This document shows positions 19,663 to 28,276 of a stretch of DNA of 64,000 bases, in pieces. Source of the stretch: an uncultured bacterium. GTDB taxonomy: Bacteria > Planctomycetota > UBA1135 > GCA-002686595. The notes beneath the pieces were generated by a model. That model saw only the letters and a program-made list of their open reading frames with translations, was not told where the DNA came from and searched no databases. The position numbers were made by a program, and so were the translations under genes. How positions within the stretch are numbered: position 1 is the first letter of the stretch; each line of letters starts with the position of its first letter. The DNA lies in contig CALSNU010000001.1 in the NCBI GenBank assembly GCA_943787795.1, positions 1,024,001 to 1,088,000 on the forward strand, written 5' to 3'.

Positions 19663-21000
19663 ATGCCTTCTCTCAGTGTGTTCGGAGCCCAGTGGGGCGA
19701 CGAGGGTAAGGGAAAGATCATCGATCTCCTCAGCGACCGCGTTGACGTCGTGGTCCGTTACCAAGGGGGCGCGAACGCGGGCCACACGGTGGTCGTGGAC
19801 GGGGTGAAGTGGGTCCTGCACCTCATCCCCTCGGGCATCCTCCACGAGGGCAAGGTCAACGTGATCGCCACGGGCGTCGCGATTGATCCGATCAAGCTCC
19901 TGGAGGAGATCGACGGCCTCGAGGAGCGCGGCGTGACGGTCGGGCCGGAGCGGCTCAGGATCGCCGCCAACGCCCACGTCATCTTCGAGCAGCACAAGCG
20001 CATCGATGGTCTCTCGGAGCGCTGGAAGGGCGACGGTCGCATTGGCACGACCGGCCGCGGGATCGGACCGGCGTACTCGGACAAGGCCTCCAGGACGGGG
20101 CTTCGGATCTGCGACCTGCTGGACGCCGAGCGCTGTGCTGAACGGCTGAGGGCCAACCTCGCGGAGAAGAACGCGGTGATCAGCAAGGTGCATGGTGAGG
20201 AGTCGCTCGACGTGGAGGCCATCGTGAAGCGCTACGTCGAGGTCGGCGCTCGCCTGGCTCCGTTCGTCGCCGACACCGGGGCTGAGCTGCGACGGGCACA
20301 CCGTGAGGGGCGCCGGATCCTCTTCGAGGGGGCCCAGGGCGTGATGCTCGACATCGACCACGGCACCTACCCGTTCGTGACCTCGTCCAACACCGGCCCG
20401 GGCGGCATCCCCTCCGGGGCTGGCGTGCCGCCGCATGCGGTGGGCCGCTCCATCGGGATCGCGAAGGCCTACTGCACCCGCGTGGGTGAGGGGCCCTTCC
20501 CGAGCGAGATGTTCGGCGAGGCCGCGGACCGACTGCGCGCCGCAGGCCACGAATATGGCACCACGACCGGCCGGCCGCGCCGCGCGGGCTACTTCGACGC
20601 GGTGGCCGTGCGCTACTGCCTCGATCTCGCCGGGGCCGCTGGCTGGATCATGACCAAGCTCGACGTGCTCTCCGGCCTCGGAGACCTCGAGGTCGTCACG
20701 TCTTACCGTGTCGGTGACGAGGAGTTCAGCGAGTACCCCGCGCACCTGCCGACGCTGGACGGGGTCGAGCTCGTGACCGAGACCCTGCCTGGCTGGACCG
20801 AGGACGCAGCCGCGGCTCGGACCTTCGAGGAGCTCCCTGCGGCTGCTCGTAGCTACGTGGAGCGGGTCGAGGAGCTCGTCGCGACGCCCATCGTCATGAT
20901 CTCCGTGGGAGCGGAGCGCGAGGCCGTGATTGACCGTGAGCCGATCTTCGGCGCCGACTGGCCGACGCCGGACCCCACCCCGGAGGGTGCGCTGTCGTGA
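19663..21000 (+). CDS. purA: Adenylosuccinate synthetase
   Basis: 'GAQWGDEGKGKI', 'RYQGGANAGHT', 'IGTTGRGIGPAY', 'EYGTTTGRPRR'. Confidence 0.99.
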   Translation: MPSLSVFGAQWGDEGKGKIIDLLSDRVDVVVRYQGGANAGHTVVVDGVKWVLHLIPSGILHEGKVNVIATGVAIDPIKLLEEIDGLEERGVTVGPERLRIAANAHVIFEQHKRIDGLSERWKGDGRIGTTGRGIGPAYSDKASRTGLRICDLLDAERCAERLRANLAEKNAVISKVHGEESLDVEAIVKRYVEVGARLAPFVADTGAELRRAHREGRRILFEGAQGVMLDIDHGTYPFVTSSNTGPGGIPSGAGVPPHAVGRSIGIAKAYCTRVGEGPFPSEMFGEAADRLRAAGHEYGTTTGRPRRAGYFDAVAVRYCLDLAGAAGWIMTKLDVLSGLGDLEVVTSYRVGDEEFSEYPAHLPTLDGVELVTETLPGWTEDAAAARTFEELPAAARSYVERVEELVATPIVMISVGAEREAVIDREPIFGADWPTPDPTPEGALS

Positions 21001-21866
21001 GCCCGAGGAGCGGAGGGCAGGACGGGGCCACAGGGCCGCCGGCGCCGACGCCTGAGGCTCTCGCGTTCCGAGAGTCGCTGGGGGGGGTCTTTCCTGACCA
21101 CGTCGCCATCATCATGGATGGCAACGGTCGCTGGGCCCAGGAGCGCGGGTGGGTCCGGGTGCGCGGGCACAAGGAGGGCACCGAGTCCGTTCGCGCGATC
21201 ACGACCATCGCCGCAGAGCTGGGGTGCAAGAGCCTGACGCTCTACGCCTTCTCCCGTGAGAACTGGAAGCGCCCCGACTTCGAGGTGGCGACCTTGATGC
21301 GACTGCTTCGGCTCTATCTCCGCCGCGAGCTGCGCACCTTGATGGACAATGGCATCCGCCTGGTCGCCATCGGCCGCCTCTCGGATCTCCCTGAGTACGC
21401 CCAGCGCGCGCTGCGTGAGACGATGGAGCGGACGGCGGGCAACACGGGCATGGTCCTCCGGCTCGCGCTCTCCTACGGCGGGCGGACCGAGGTGGCTGAT
21501 GCCCTGCGGTCCTTCAGCGAGGACGTGGCCGCTGGCCGTCGCCGCCCTGAAGAGATCGATGAGGAGACCCTGCGCGAGTACCTCTACGACCCTGGTACGG
21601 GTGACCCGGACCTGATCATCCGCACCGCGGGTGAGATGCGACTCAGCAACTTCCTCCTCTGGCAGGCGTCCTACGCCGAGTTCTACGTCACCGAGGACTG
21701 CTGGCCCGACTTTCGTCGCCCCCAGTTCGAGGAGGCGCTGCGCGCGTTCGCGGCGCGCAAGCGAAAGTACGGCGGCTTGCTCCCTGGTGCTCTGGCGGAC
21801 AGTGAGTCCGCCGAGGAGATCCTGGAGCCTGAACGCTCCTCCGAGGCGGGCGAGAGGGGAGCATGA
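20997..21866 (+). CDS. uppS: Undecaprenyl diphosphate synthase (isoprenyl transferase)
   Basis: 'HVAIIMDGNGRWA', 'LYAFSRENWKRP', 'DLIIRTAGEMRLSNFLLWQ'. Confidence 0.97.
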   Translation: MSPRSGGQDGATGPPAPTPEALAFRESLGGVFPDHVAIIMDGNGRWAQERGWVRVRGHKEGTESVRAITTIAAELGCKSLTLYAFSRENWKRPDFEVATLMRLLRLYLRRELRTLMDNGIRLVAIGRLSDLPEYAQRALRETMERTAGNTGMVLRLALSYGGRTEVADALRSFSEDVAAGRRRPEEIDEETLREYLYDPGTGDPDLIIRTAGEMRLSNFLLWQASYAEFYVTEDCWPDFRRPQFEEALRAFAARKRKYGGLLPGALADSESAEEILEPERSSEAGERGA

Positions 21867-22777
21867 GCACGCCCGAAGCCAAGACGGCAGCGACCAAGAG
21901 AGCCAAGCTGATCCTCCGGACGAAGGTCGGGGGGACCCTCGCGGTCTCCGTCGCAGGGCTGCTGTGGGCCGCGTCGCTTCCCGCCGGTGTCGCGCTCACG
22001 CTGGGCATGGCGGTGGCCCTGTCCCTGTGGTCGATCGTGGAGGCCGACCGCATGAAGATCTTCGGCGGCCGGCCTGCCTCCGTTGGGGCTGGCGCGGCGC
22101 TGGCCTTCGGGGCCTTCCGCATCTGGGAGTCCTTCGTCGCCCGCGACGTCCTGTCGCTCCCTTCACCCGAACGCGTGTTCGCCGCCGACCTCGGCCTCAC
22201 CTTCGTCACGAGCGGACTCGTGGCGCTCGTCGTGGCAGGGCTCGCTGGCTTCCGATCCCTGGCGGCTCGGCCCAGCGGAGGCGTCGGGCTTCTGTCACTT
22301 GTGTTCCTCGTCGCCCTTCCGCTGCTCGCGCTCGTGCCCATTCGACTCGCGGGTGGTGCCGGTGGCCTGGCGGTCTTCCTCGTCCTGGCGAAGATCGGCG
22401 ATATCGCCGGGTACTACGTCGGGAGTACGATGGGGAAGCGGCACCCCTTCCCGAATCTCAGCCCCGGGAAGACCGTCGCAGGCTGCGTCGCGTCACTCCT
22501 GGTGGGCGTCGCCGCCGGGGCGGGCTTCGTGCTCGCCGGCGCGCTGGACGGCCCGCGCTACGGGATCATGTCGGGGGTCATCCTCGGACTCGTGGTCAAC
22601 GTCACGGCCCAGGCCGGAGATCTCATGGAGAGCGGCTTCAAGCGGCGCGCCCAGGTGAAGGACTCCGGCACCACCTTCGGTCCCTCCGGCGGCATGCTCG
22701 ACCTCGTGGACAGCCTCTTGCTCTCCGCTCCGCTCGTCGCCTTCCTTTGGCCGCTCCTCTTCGAGCTGCCCTCTTGA
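21863..22777 (+). CDS. cdsA: Phosphatidate cytidylyltransferase
   Basis: 'DIAGYYVG...SPGKTVAG', '[18 protein letters not shown]...[10 protein letters not shown]'; follows uppS. Confidence 0.93.
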   Translation: MSTPEAKTAATKRAKLILRTKVGGTLAVSVAGLLWAASLPAGVALTLGMAVALSLWSIVEADRMKIFGGRPASVGAGAALAFGAFRIWESFVARDVLSLPSPERVFAADLGLTFVTSGLVALVVAGLAGFRSLAARPSGGVGLLSLVFLVALPLLALVPIRLAGGAGGLAVFLVLAKIGDIAGYYVGSTMGKRHPFPNLSPGKTVAGCVASLLVGVAAGAGFVLAGALDGPRYGIMSGVILGLVVNVTAQAGDLMESGFKRRAQVKDSGTTFGPSGGMLDLVDSLLLSAPLVAFLWPLLFELPS

Positions 22778-22790
22778 CGCTCCCTGCATC

Positions 22791-23858
22791 TTGCCCGAAC
22801 TCACGATCCCCCTTCGCTCCCATGAGGAAGCGATCCTGGTCCTCGGTCCCTACGACCGTTACGCCCGCCTGCTCCGACAGGATCTCGACATCGAGATCTA
22901 CGCCCGCGCCGGCAACCTTCGCTTGAAGGGGGCCGACAGCGGCATCCGAGCCGCCTCTGAGCGGATCGAGCACCTGCTTGGCAAGGCCCGGAAGGGGCGG
23001 GACATGAGCGTCCGGGAGATCGAGGGCATCCTCTTGGATCGGACACCTGTGACCACGGAGACGGCGACCGTGGGGGGCGAGCGTCGAGGCGCAAGGGACG
23101 CCGGCAGCTCTGGCTCCTCGGCCTCGGGGTCTCGAATGGGAGGAGCGCACCGGCCCGCGGTCGTCCGCTTCCGCCCGCGCCCCGTGGAGCCGCGCAGCGA
23201 GAACCAGCGGCGCTACTTCGAGGCTATCGAGAAGAACGACCTGGTCTTCGGCCTGGGACCTGCGGGGACAGGGAAGACCTACCTCGCGGTTGCCGCGGCG
23301 GTCCAGCGCCTCCGGCGCGGCAAGGTCCGGCGGCTGATCATCACGCGCCCCGTCGTCGAGGCGGGGGAGCACCTTGGATTCCTGCCCGGCGATCTGCAGC
23401 AGAAGCTCAACCCCTACCTGCGGCCGATCTACGACGCCCTGCGCGACATGATCGAACCTGAGGACCTGGCTCGGATGGAGGAGGCGGGCATCATCGAGAT
23501 CGCGCCCCTCGCGTACATGCGCGGGCGAACCCTCTCGAACGCCTTTGTGATCCTCGATGAGGGGCAGAACACCACCGCCTCGCAGATGAAGATGTTCCTG
23601 ACCCGCCTGGGTGAGGGGTCGAGCATGGTGGTCACCGGCGACCCGACGCAGAACGACCTGCCGCGCAGTCAGCGCAGCGGGCTGGTCGATGGGTCACGGC
23701 GGCTCAGGGGATTTGAAGGGGTCGGCTTCATCGAGTTCGACGCCGCCGATGTGGTGCGACACCCGCTGGTGGCGCAGATCGTCCGCGCCTACGACCGTGA
23801 CGGGCGAGATCGGAACGGGGCGCCCGCAGACCTTCCTGCTGAAGGGGCCGAAGGGTGA
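22791..23858 (+). CDS. phoH: PhoH-family ATPase (YbeZ-like)
   Basis: '[13 protein letters not shown]', 'LGFLPGDL', '[10 protein letters not shown]', 'ILDEGQN', 'VVRHPLV'; upstream of ybeY. Confidence 0.95.
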   Translation: MPELTIPLRSHEEAILVLGPYDRYARLLRQDLDIEIYARAGNLRLKGADSGIRAASERIEHLLGKARKGRDMSVREIEGILLDRTPVTTETATVGGERRGARDAGSSGSSASGSRMGGAHRPAVVRFRPRPVEPRSENQRRYFEAIEKNDLVFGLGPAGTGKTYLAVAAAVQRLRRGKVRRLIITRPVVEAGEHLGFLPGDLQQKLNPYLRPIYDALRDMIEPEDLARMEEAGIIEIAPLAYMRGRTLSNAFVILDEGQNTTASQMKMFLTRLGEGSSMVVTGDPTQNDLPRSQRSGLVDGSRRLRGFEGVGFIEFDAADVVRHPLVAQIVRAYDRDGRDRNGAPADLPAEGAEG

Positions 23859-24322
23859 CCGAAGGGTCCGTCGCCTGGACGGTCCCGGACGCGCCCGGAG
23901 ACCTCGGTGAGGTGGAGGCGCTCGCCGCGCTCGCGGCAGCGCTCGCGCACGGGGAGGCGCCGGAGCTCCGGGTGGACGTGATCTTCGTCGACGATGCCGC
24001 GCTTGCCCGGCTTCACGGGCAGTTCCTCGGCGACCCGACCCGGACGGACGTGATCACCTTCGATCTGCGGGAGGACGGAGCGCCGGATGAGCACGGGCCG
24101 GACGGGGAGATCTACGTGAGCGTCGAGCGAGCGCGGGAGGTGGCCGCTGGTCGCGGCGTTGAGCCGGCACGAGAGCAGGCTCTCTACGTGGTGCATGGCG
24201 CGCTGCACCTCGTCGGCTTCGACGACCATGACGCGCGTGATCGCGCCCTGATGCGCGCCGCCGAGGCCGCGGTCATGGGGCGCCTCGGCTACGCCGAGGA
24301 CCTCGGCGAGCACGAAGTCTGA
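23855..24322 (+). CDS. ybeY: rRNA maturation RNase YbeY
   Basis: 'TDVITF', 'GEIYVS', '[12 protein letters not shown]'. Confidence 0.95.
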   Translation: MTEGSVAWTVPDAPGDLGEVEALAALAAALAHGEAPELRVDVIFVDDAALARLHGQFLGDPTRTDVITFDLREDGAPDEHGPDGEIYVSVERAREVAAGRGVEPAREQALYVVHGALHLVGFDDHDARDRALMRAAEAAVMGRLGYAEDLGEHEV

Positions 24323-24633
24323 GCCACATCTGCGCGCTATCGGAGGGACGCGGGACCCCCTCGCGACGGTTTTCGATCCAAAAAACTACCGGTCTTTCTG
24401 CGGGCTGTGCGCGCATGGATAAGTGCCTTCGAATGGCTTCAGAGGGCGATTCGACGCGCTTCTGGATGAGCACGAGTTGAGATCGAAAGGCGCCTAGCGT
24501 GGCGCTGGGGGAGGAACTGTTGAACGGGCTGGTCTCGTAGCGGTACCTACTACTGACAGAGGACACTTCGAGCCATCGCTCGGCGCCCCGGCGGACCGCC
24601 TGGTGACCTCCTTGAACCTGCACCTCACTCGAA

Positions 24634-25491
24634 TTGACGCCCCAACCCGACCCCACTCCCGAGCCCGAGACGCCCCCTCGGACGTCGAGCAGCAGCGCGA
24701 CTTCCGCGGAAGCCGAGGCTGACCCGCTTGTTGAGATGGTGGACGCACTGTGGGCGGCCTTCCGATCCGAGCCGGGCGACGAGACGCGGAATGCGCTCGT
24801 CGAACACTACCAGCCGCTGATCAAGCAGATCGTTCGGCGGTTCGGAGCCCGACTCCCGCGGACCGTGGATCGCGGAGACCTGCTCACCGCGGGCAACGTG
24901 GGCCTCATCAGCGCAGTGCGCGGGTTCGACCCCGAGCGCGGGGTCCGCTTCGAGTCGTACTGCGAGCTGCGCGTGAAGGGCGCGCTCCTGGATGAGCTCC
25001 GCTCCCAGGACTGGCTGCCGCGTCCGTGGCGCCAGAAGATCGAACAGCAGAAGCGCACGGTGGAGCAGCTGCGGCGTGAGTGGGGGAGGAACCCCAACGA
25101 CAACGAGGTCGCGTCGGCGATGGGGTTCGACCTCGACGTCTACCAGCAGACCTTCGGCGTCGGGCTCCCCGGCACGCCAAGCGGGTCCATGCCCGCTGAC
25201 GACGGCGGCGAAGACGGCGGCACGGCCAGCCCCCTCGACATCGTCCAGGATCCGGGTGTGGACGCGCCGGGCGAACGGCTCTCCCGGGACGAGCTCATGA
25301 AGCTGGTCTCCCAGCGGATGTCCGATCAGGAGCGTCGCATCGTCTACCTGAAGTACTGGGAGGAGCTGCCAATGCGTGAGATCGGCGACCTCACGGGGCT
25401 CTCCGAGTCACGGGTTTGCAAGATCCACACGCGGCTCATCGAGCGTCTGCAGGATCGCTTCCGCGCGCACGAAGCCGACTCGCTGGTCTAG
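24634..25491 (+). CDS. RNA polymerase sigma factor, FliA/WhiG (sigma-28) family
   Basis: 'RNALVEHYQPLI', 'FDPERGVRFESY...VKGALLDELRSQDWLPR', region 4 'YWEELPMREIGDLTGLSESRVCKIH'; start uncertain (TTG 24634 or ATG 24736). Confidence 0.93.
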   Translation: MTPQPDPTPEPETPPRTSSSSATSAEAEADPLVEMVDALWAAFRSEPGDETRNALVEHYQPLIKQIVRRFGARLPRTVDRGDLLTAGNVGLISAVRGFDPERGVRFESYCELRVKGALLDELRSQDWLPRPWRQKIEQQKRTVEQLRREWGRNPNDNEVASAMGFDLDVYQQTFGVGLPGTPSGSMPADDGGEDGGTASPLDIVQDPGVDAPGERLSRDELMKLVSQRMSDQERRIVYLKYWEELPMREIGDLTGLSESRVCKIHTRLIERLQDRFRAHEADSLV

Positions 25492-25510
25492 GCGCGCGCG
25501 GGGTCCGGGG

Positions 25511-25548
25511 GAAAGAGAGAGGGCCCGGCACCTCTCGGCACCGAGCCC
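25511..25548 (-). terminator. Intrinsic terminator on the minus strand
   Basis: Minus strand GGGCUCGGUGCC-GAGA-GGUGCCGGGCCC-UCUCUCUUUC: 12-bp stem whose G-U wobbles pair only in this orientation, GNRA loop, pyrimidine tail. Confidence 0.7.
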
Positions 25549-26150
25549 CCCCAGGACTCCCGATCTCGAGCCACGAAGGCTCTCCGGGAACGCAAATCGA
25601 GCACGATCAGATCGCGTTCGACCCCCTTGCGTCCCGAACGGCGGAAACCGCCGGACCGAGGTGCGTAGGCGACGGAAGGGTCCCTGACCTCCCGACGTCG
25701 CACGACTCCTTATCCTCGACACCCGAACACGCCGTCCCCACGACGGCTCGGGATCCGCTCCTCCTCTCAAGAGACGCCCGTGTCCCCACACGACCGTCTC
25801 CCACATCACATCTCCCCTGACCGAAGCCGTGGGGGGACGCGAGTTCTACGGACCCGTCAGCGCCCTCGCCGCCGTGCTCCAACGAAGAGTCGCCGCTCAG
25901 CCCTGAGGCGTGACGCGGGTGGACCGTCGTGGTGGTGAAGCAAAGCATGGGAGCCGGTGGATCAGGCGGAGCCACCTCGAATCCCACCCCGGCAAAAGGA
26001 AACCGTCCCGGAGCCGGCCGAAGCCGACCCCGGTCCGGAGGGCAGATGAGGAACGGTTGTTCCTATCCGACCCACGGTCCTCAGTCCGAGGCGGGACCTT
26101 TGACGGTCCCGCGGCGCTCCTCGGACGACGATCCCTATGGGTCGGGCGGT

Positions 26151-26227
26151 CGACATTCGGAAACTCGGCTGCCCGCGAGGGGCCCGTGGCTTTGCGTCCC
26201 GGACTTGCGTCCGGTTTGCCTTTGTCG
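26151..26227 (-). promoter_or_regulatory. c-di-GMP-I (GEMM) riboswitch aptamer
   Basis: Minus strand CGACA-AAGGCAAA-CCGGAC-GCAA-GUCCGG-GACGCAAAGCC-ACGG-GCCC-CUCGC-GGGC-AG-CCG-AGUUUCCGAA-UGUCG; matches the GEMM consensus (GGCAAA..GNRA..GGGACGCAAAGC..AG..GUU.CCGA); P1 CGACA/UGUCG. Confidence 0.92.
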
Positions 26228-26247
26228 TGTCGCCGTTGGAGCGCCAC

Positions 26248-26275
26248 AGGATAGCCAGGAAATTGCAATTGGCAA
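26248..26275 (-). promoter_or_regulatory. Putative sigma70-type promoter driving the riboswitch transcript
   Basis: Minus strand TTGCCA-N16-TATCCT in an AT-rich patch; predicted +1 near 26242. Confidence 0.55.
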
Positions 26276-26461
26276 ATGGGGGCGCGGGTTTGGGGGCGGA
26301 AACGTTTTCCAGTCGTCCCCATGTGTCGCGCTAGCATGGGATTACAAACCGATCATGTACGCCGAGCGGCGCGGGGATTGGGGGTCATGCGCAGGCGCAG
26401 CACAATCTCGCGCGCGGCTCTTCTCCGAAGCCGCGCCTCCTCCCTGACGATCTTCCTCCAC

Positions 26462-28258
26462 GTGATCTCACTCTCCAGCCTGAGCCTCGCGGCGGCCGCC
26501 TCTGCGGGCCTCCTTGCCCTGCCGTCTCCCTCGGACATCTCCGCGGCCAGCTTCACGGGTGTCCAGCCGTCGCCGTCGACGCCTTCCTCTCCTTTGAGCC
26601 CTGGCGGCTCGGCTGGCCAGCCGACCCTGCCGGCCCCCGGCGCCCCGCTCGCAAGGGTAGAGCGGCCCCGGCTGGTGGTCCTGCTATCCGTGGATCAGAT
26701 GATCCCTGAGCAGTTCAGCCGGCTGCGTCCTGCCTTCACCGGGGGATTCGCGCGGCTCCTGCAGGAAGGGACGGTCTTCGACGCGGCGACCCTGGACTAC
26801 GTCCGAACGGAGACCGGGGCCGGCCACACGACGTTCTCGACCGGGTGCCTGCCCAGGAGCCACGGGATTGTCGGGAACGGGTTCTTCGACCAGGAGGCCG
26901 GCAGGTTCCGGTACTGCGTCGAGGACCTGGAGGCCGCCTCGATGACCTCCGCAGGTCGAATCGAGGCGCCTGCCACGGGACCCGGGGCGGGCCAGGGACA
27001 GCGCTCTCCTCGAAACCTGGCTCGCCCCACCCTCGGCGAGTACCTCCAGGCCCAGGTCCCGGGCGCCAAAGTGGCGTCGGTCTCGGCCAAGGACCGGGCG
27101 GCCATCGGCATGGGGGGGCGATCGGACGGCGCCGTGCTCTGGTGGGACAAGCTGGGAGCGGGCTTCGTCACCTCGACCTGGTACGCGGACCAGCTCCCCG
27201 ACTGGGTGAATGAGTGGAACGCGACCTGGCTCGAGCGAGCCGGTGGCTGGGAGTGGACTCCGGAGCTCCCCGCTGACGTGGAGCAGCTCGGCACTGCTCC
27301 TGACGAGCGGCCGGGTGAGCGTCCGTTCGGCGCTCGAGGGATCCAGTTGCCCTACACCCTGGGCGACGCCACGAGCGCGGCGCGCCTCGCGGGCGAGGTC
27401 TACCAGACCCCGCTGGTGGACCAGTTCACGGCGCAGATGGGTCGCATGGCCCTGCGTGAGATGGAGCTCGGGATGGACGATGCCACGGACCTGCTCGCCA
27501 TGAGCTTCTCCGGGTGCGACGTGGTCGGCCACGCGTTCGGACCGTACAGCCACGAGGTCACGGACCTGCTGCTGCGCCTGGACCGCGAGCTGGGTTCGTT
27601 CTTCGACGAGCTGGATGAGCGCGTGGGCAAGGGCCGCTGGGTCGCGGCCCTCAGCGCCGATCACGGCGTGCTCCCGCTGCCCGAGTACGTGGCGGATCGC
27701 GGCGAGCCCTCGCGCCGGGTCCCCCTGGCCGAGGCGGGGAGCTTCACGGCCAAGGTGAGCCTCGAGCTCTCCGAGGTGCTGGGGCATCGCGTGCGGATCT
27801 ACCGCCGAGACGGGGGGCTGGTCATGGACCGGCGCGACCTGGGGGCGGCAGGACTCGCGGTCGACGACGCGTGCGACCGCCTGATCGAGGTCGCCCGGGC
27901 GGCCGTGGCCTCCACGGACTGGGTCCAGAGCGCCCACGACTATCGCGCGGTCGCCGCCCTGACGGAGGAGGCCACGGGTGAGGAGATCCTCCTCCGCAAC
28001 ACCTACTTCCCTGGCCGCACCCCGGACGTGGTGCTGCTGAAGGCACCTGGCGTCCTGGTCCCCAGCGGTCTGGGGACGTCCCATGGCTCGCACCACATCT
28101 ACGACCGGCGCGTTCCGCTGGTCTTCATGGGCGCGGGCGTCTCACCCGGGACGCGCAGTGATCGGGTCGGGTCAGAGGACGTCGTGCCCACCCTGCTGAC
28201 CCTCCTGGGGTGCACCCCTGTGGAGGGCCTGGACGGGACGGACCTCGGCCTCCGCTGA
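26462..28258 (+). CDS. Alkaline phosphatase family protein (PafA / nucleotide pyrophosphatase-phosphodiesterase type), exported
   Basis: 'PRLVVLLSVDQM', Thr-nucleophile 'ETGAGHTTFSTG', 'KDRAAI', 'DVVGHAFGP', 'SADHG', 'HGS...YDRRVP'; GTG 26462 start chosen inside ORF 26276..28258. Confidence 0.9.
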   Translation: MISLSSLSLAAAASAGLLALPSPSDISAASFTGVQPSPSTPSSPLSPGGSAGQPTLPAPGAPLARVERPRLVVLLSVDQMIPEQFSRLRPAFTGGFARLLQEGTVFDAATLDYVRTETGAGHTTFSTGCLPRSHGIVGNGFFDQEAGRFRYCVEDLEAASMTSAGRIEAPATGPGAGQGQRSPRNLARPTLGEYLQAQVPGAKVASVSAKDRAAIGMGGRSDGAVLWWDKLGAGFVTSTWYADQLPDWVNEWNATWLERAGGWEWTPELPADVEQLGTAPDERPGERPFGARGIQLPYTLGDATSAARLAGEVYQTPLVDQFTAQMGRMALREMELGMDDATDLLAMSFSGCDVVGHAFGPYSHEVTDLLLRLDRELGSFFDELDERVGKGRWVAALSADHGVLPLPEYVADRGEPSRRVPLAEAGSFTAKVSLELSEVLGHRVRIYRRDGGLVMDRRDLGAAGLAVDDACDRLIEVARAAVASTDWVQSAHDYRAVAALTEEATGEEILLRNTYFPGRTPDVVLLKAPGVLVPSGLGTSHGSHHIYDRRVPLVFMGAGVSPGTRSDRVGSEDVVPTLLTLLGCTPVEGLDGTDLGLR

Positions 28259-28276
28259 GGCCTCAATCGCGGGCGC

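Larger units (their letters stand above)
25511..26242 (-). ncRNA. Candidate ~730-nt structured non-coding RNA headed by a c-di-GMP-I aptamer
   Basis: Promoter, aptamer, many hairpins (two cUUCGg loops), a 9-bp long-range stem 26234-26242/25876-25884 and a terminator, all on the minus strand; no ORF with genome-typical codon bias. Confidence 0.55.

Noticed and set aside
17557..20745. 1062-aa minus-strand ORF and similar long antisense ORFs (e.g. 30072-32612, 15293-17221, 59617-61590, 47678-49576)
   Set aside because: Shadow ORFs opposite well-supported genes, expected at high GC because stop codons are rare.
25408..25809. Minus-strand ORFs 25408-25809 and 25488-25703 with SD-like GGAG upstream
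   Set aside because: They run through the terminator and into or against the sigma gene; Arg/Gly-rich low-complexity translation and poor codon bias.
25607..25987. 126-aa minus-strand ORF (113 aa from ATG 25948) downstream of the riboswitch
   Set aside because: No recognisable motif, several AGA/AGG codons, and GC3 near background in its 3' half, unlike flanking genes. Not called, but it remains the best competing explanation for the riboswitch target.
25511..26242. tmRNA, RNase P RNA, 6S, SRP or group I/II intron identity for the structured region
   Set aside because: No tRNA-like GGGG...CCA ends or tag ORF, no RNase P GAGGAAAGUCC core, and no recognisable group II domain V or 5' GUGCG boundary context; 6S and SRP are much shorter than this element.
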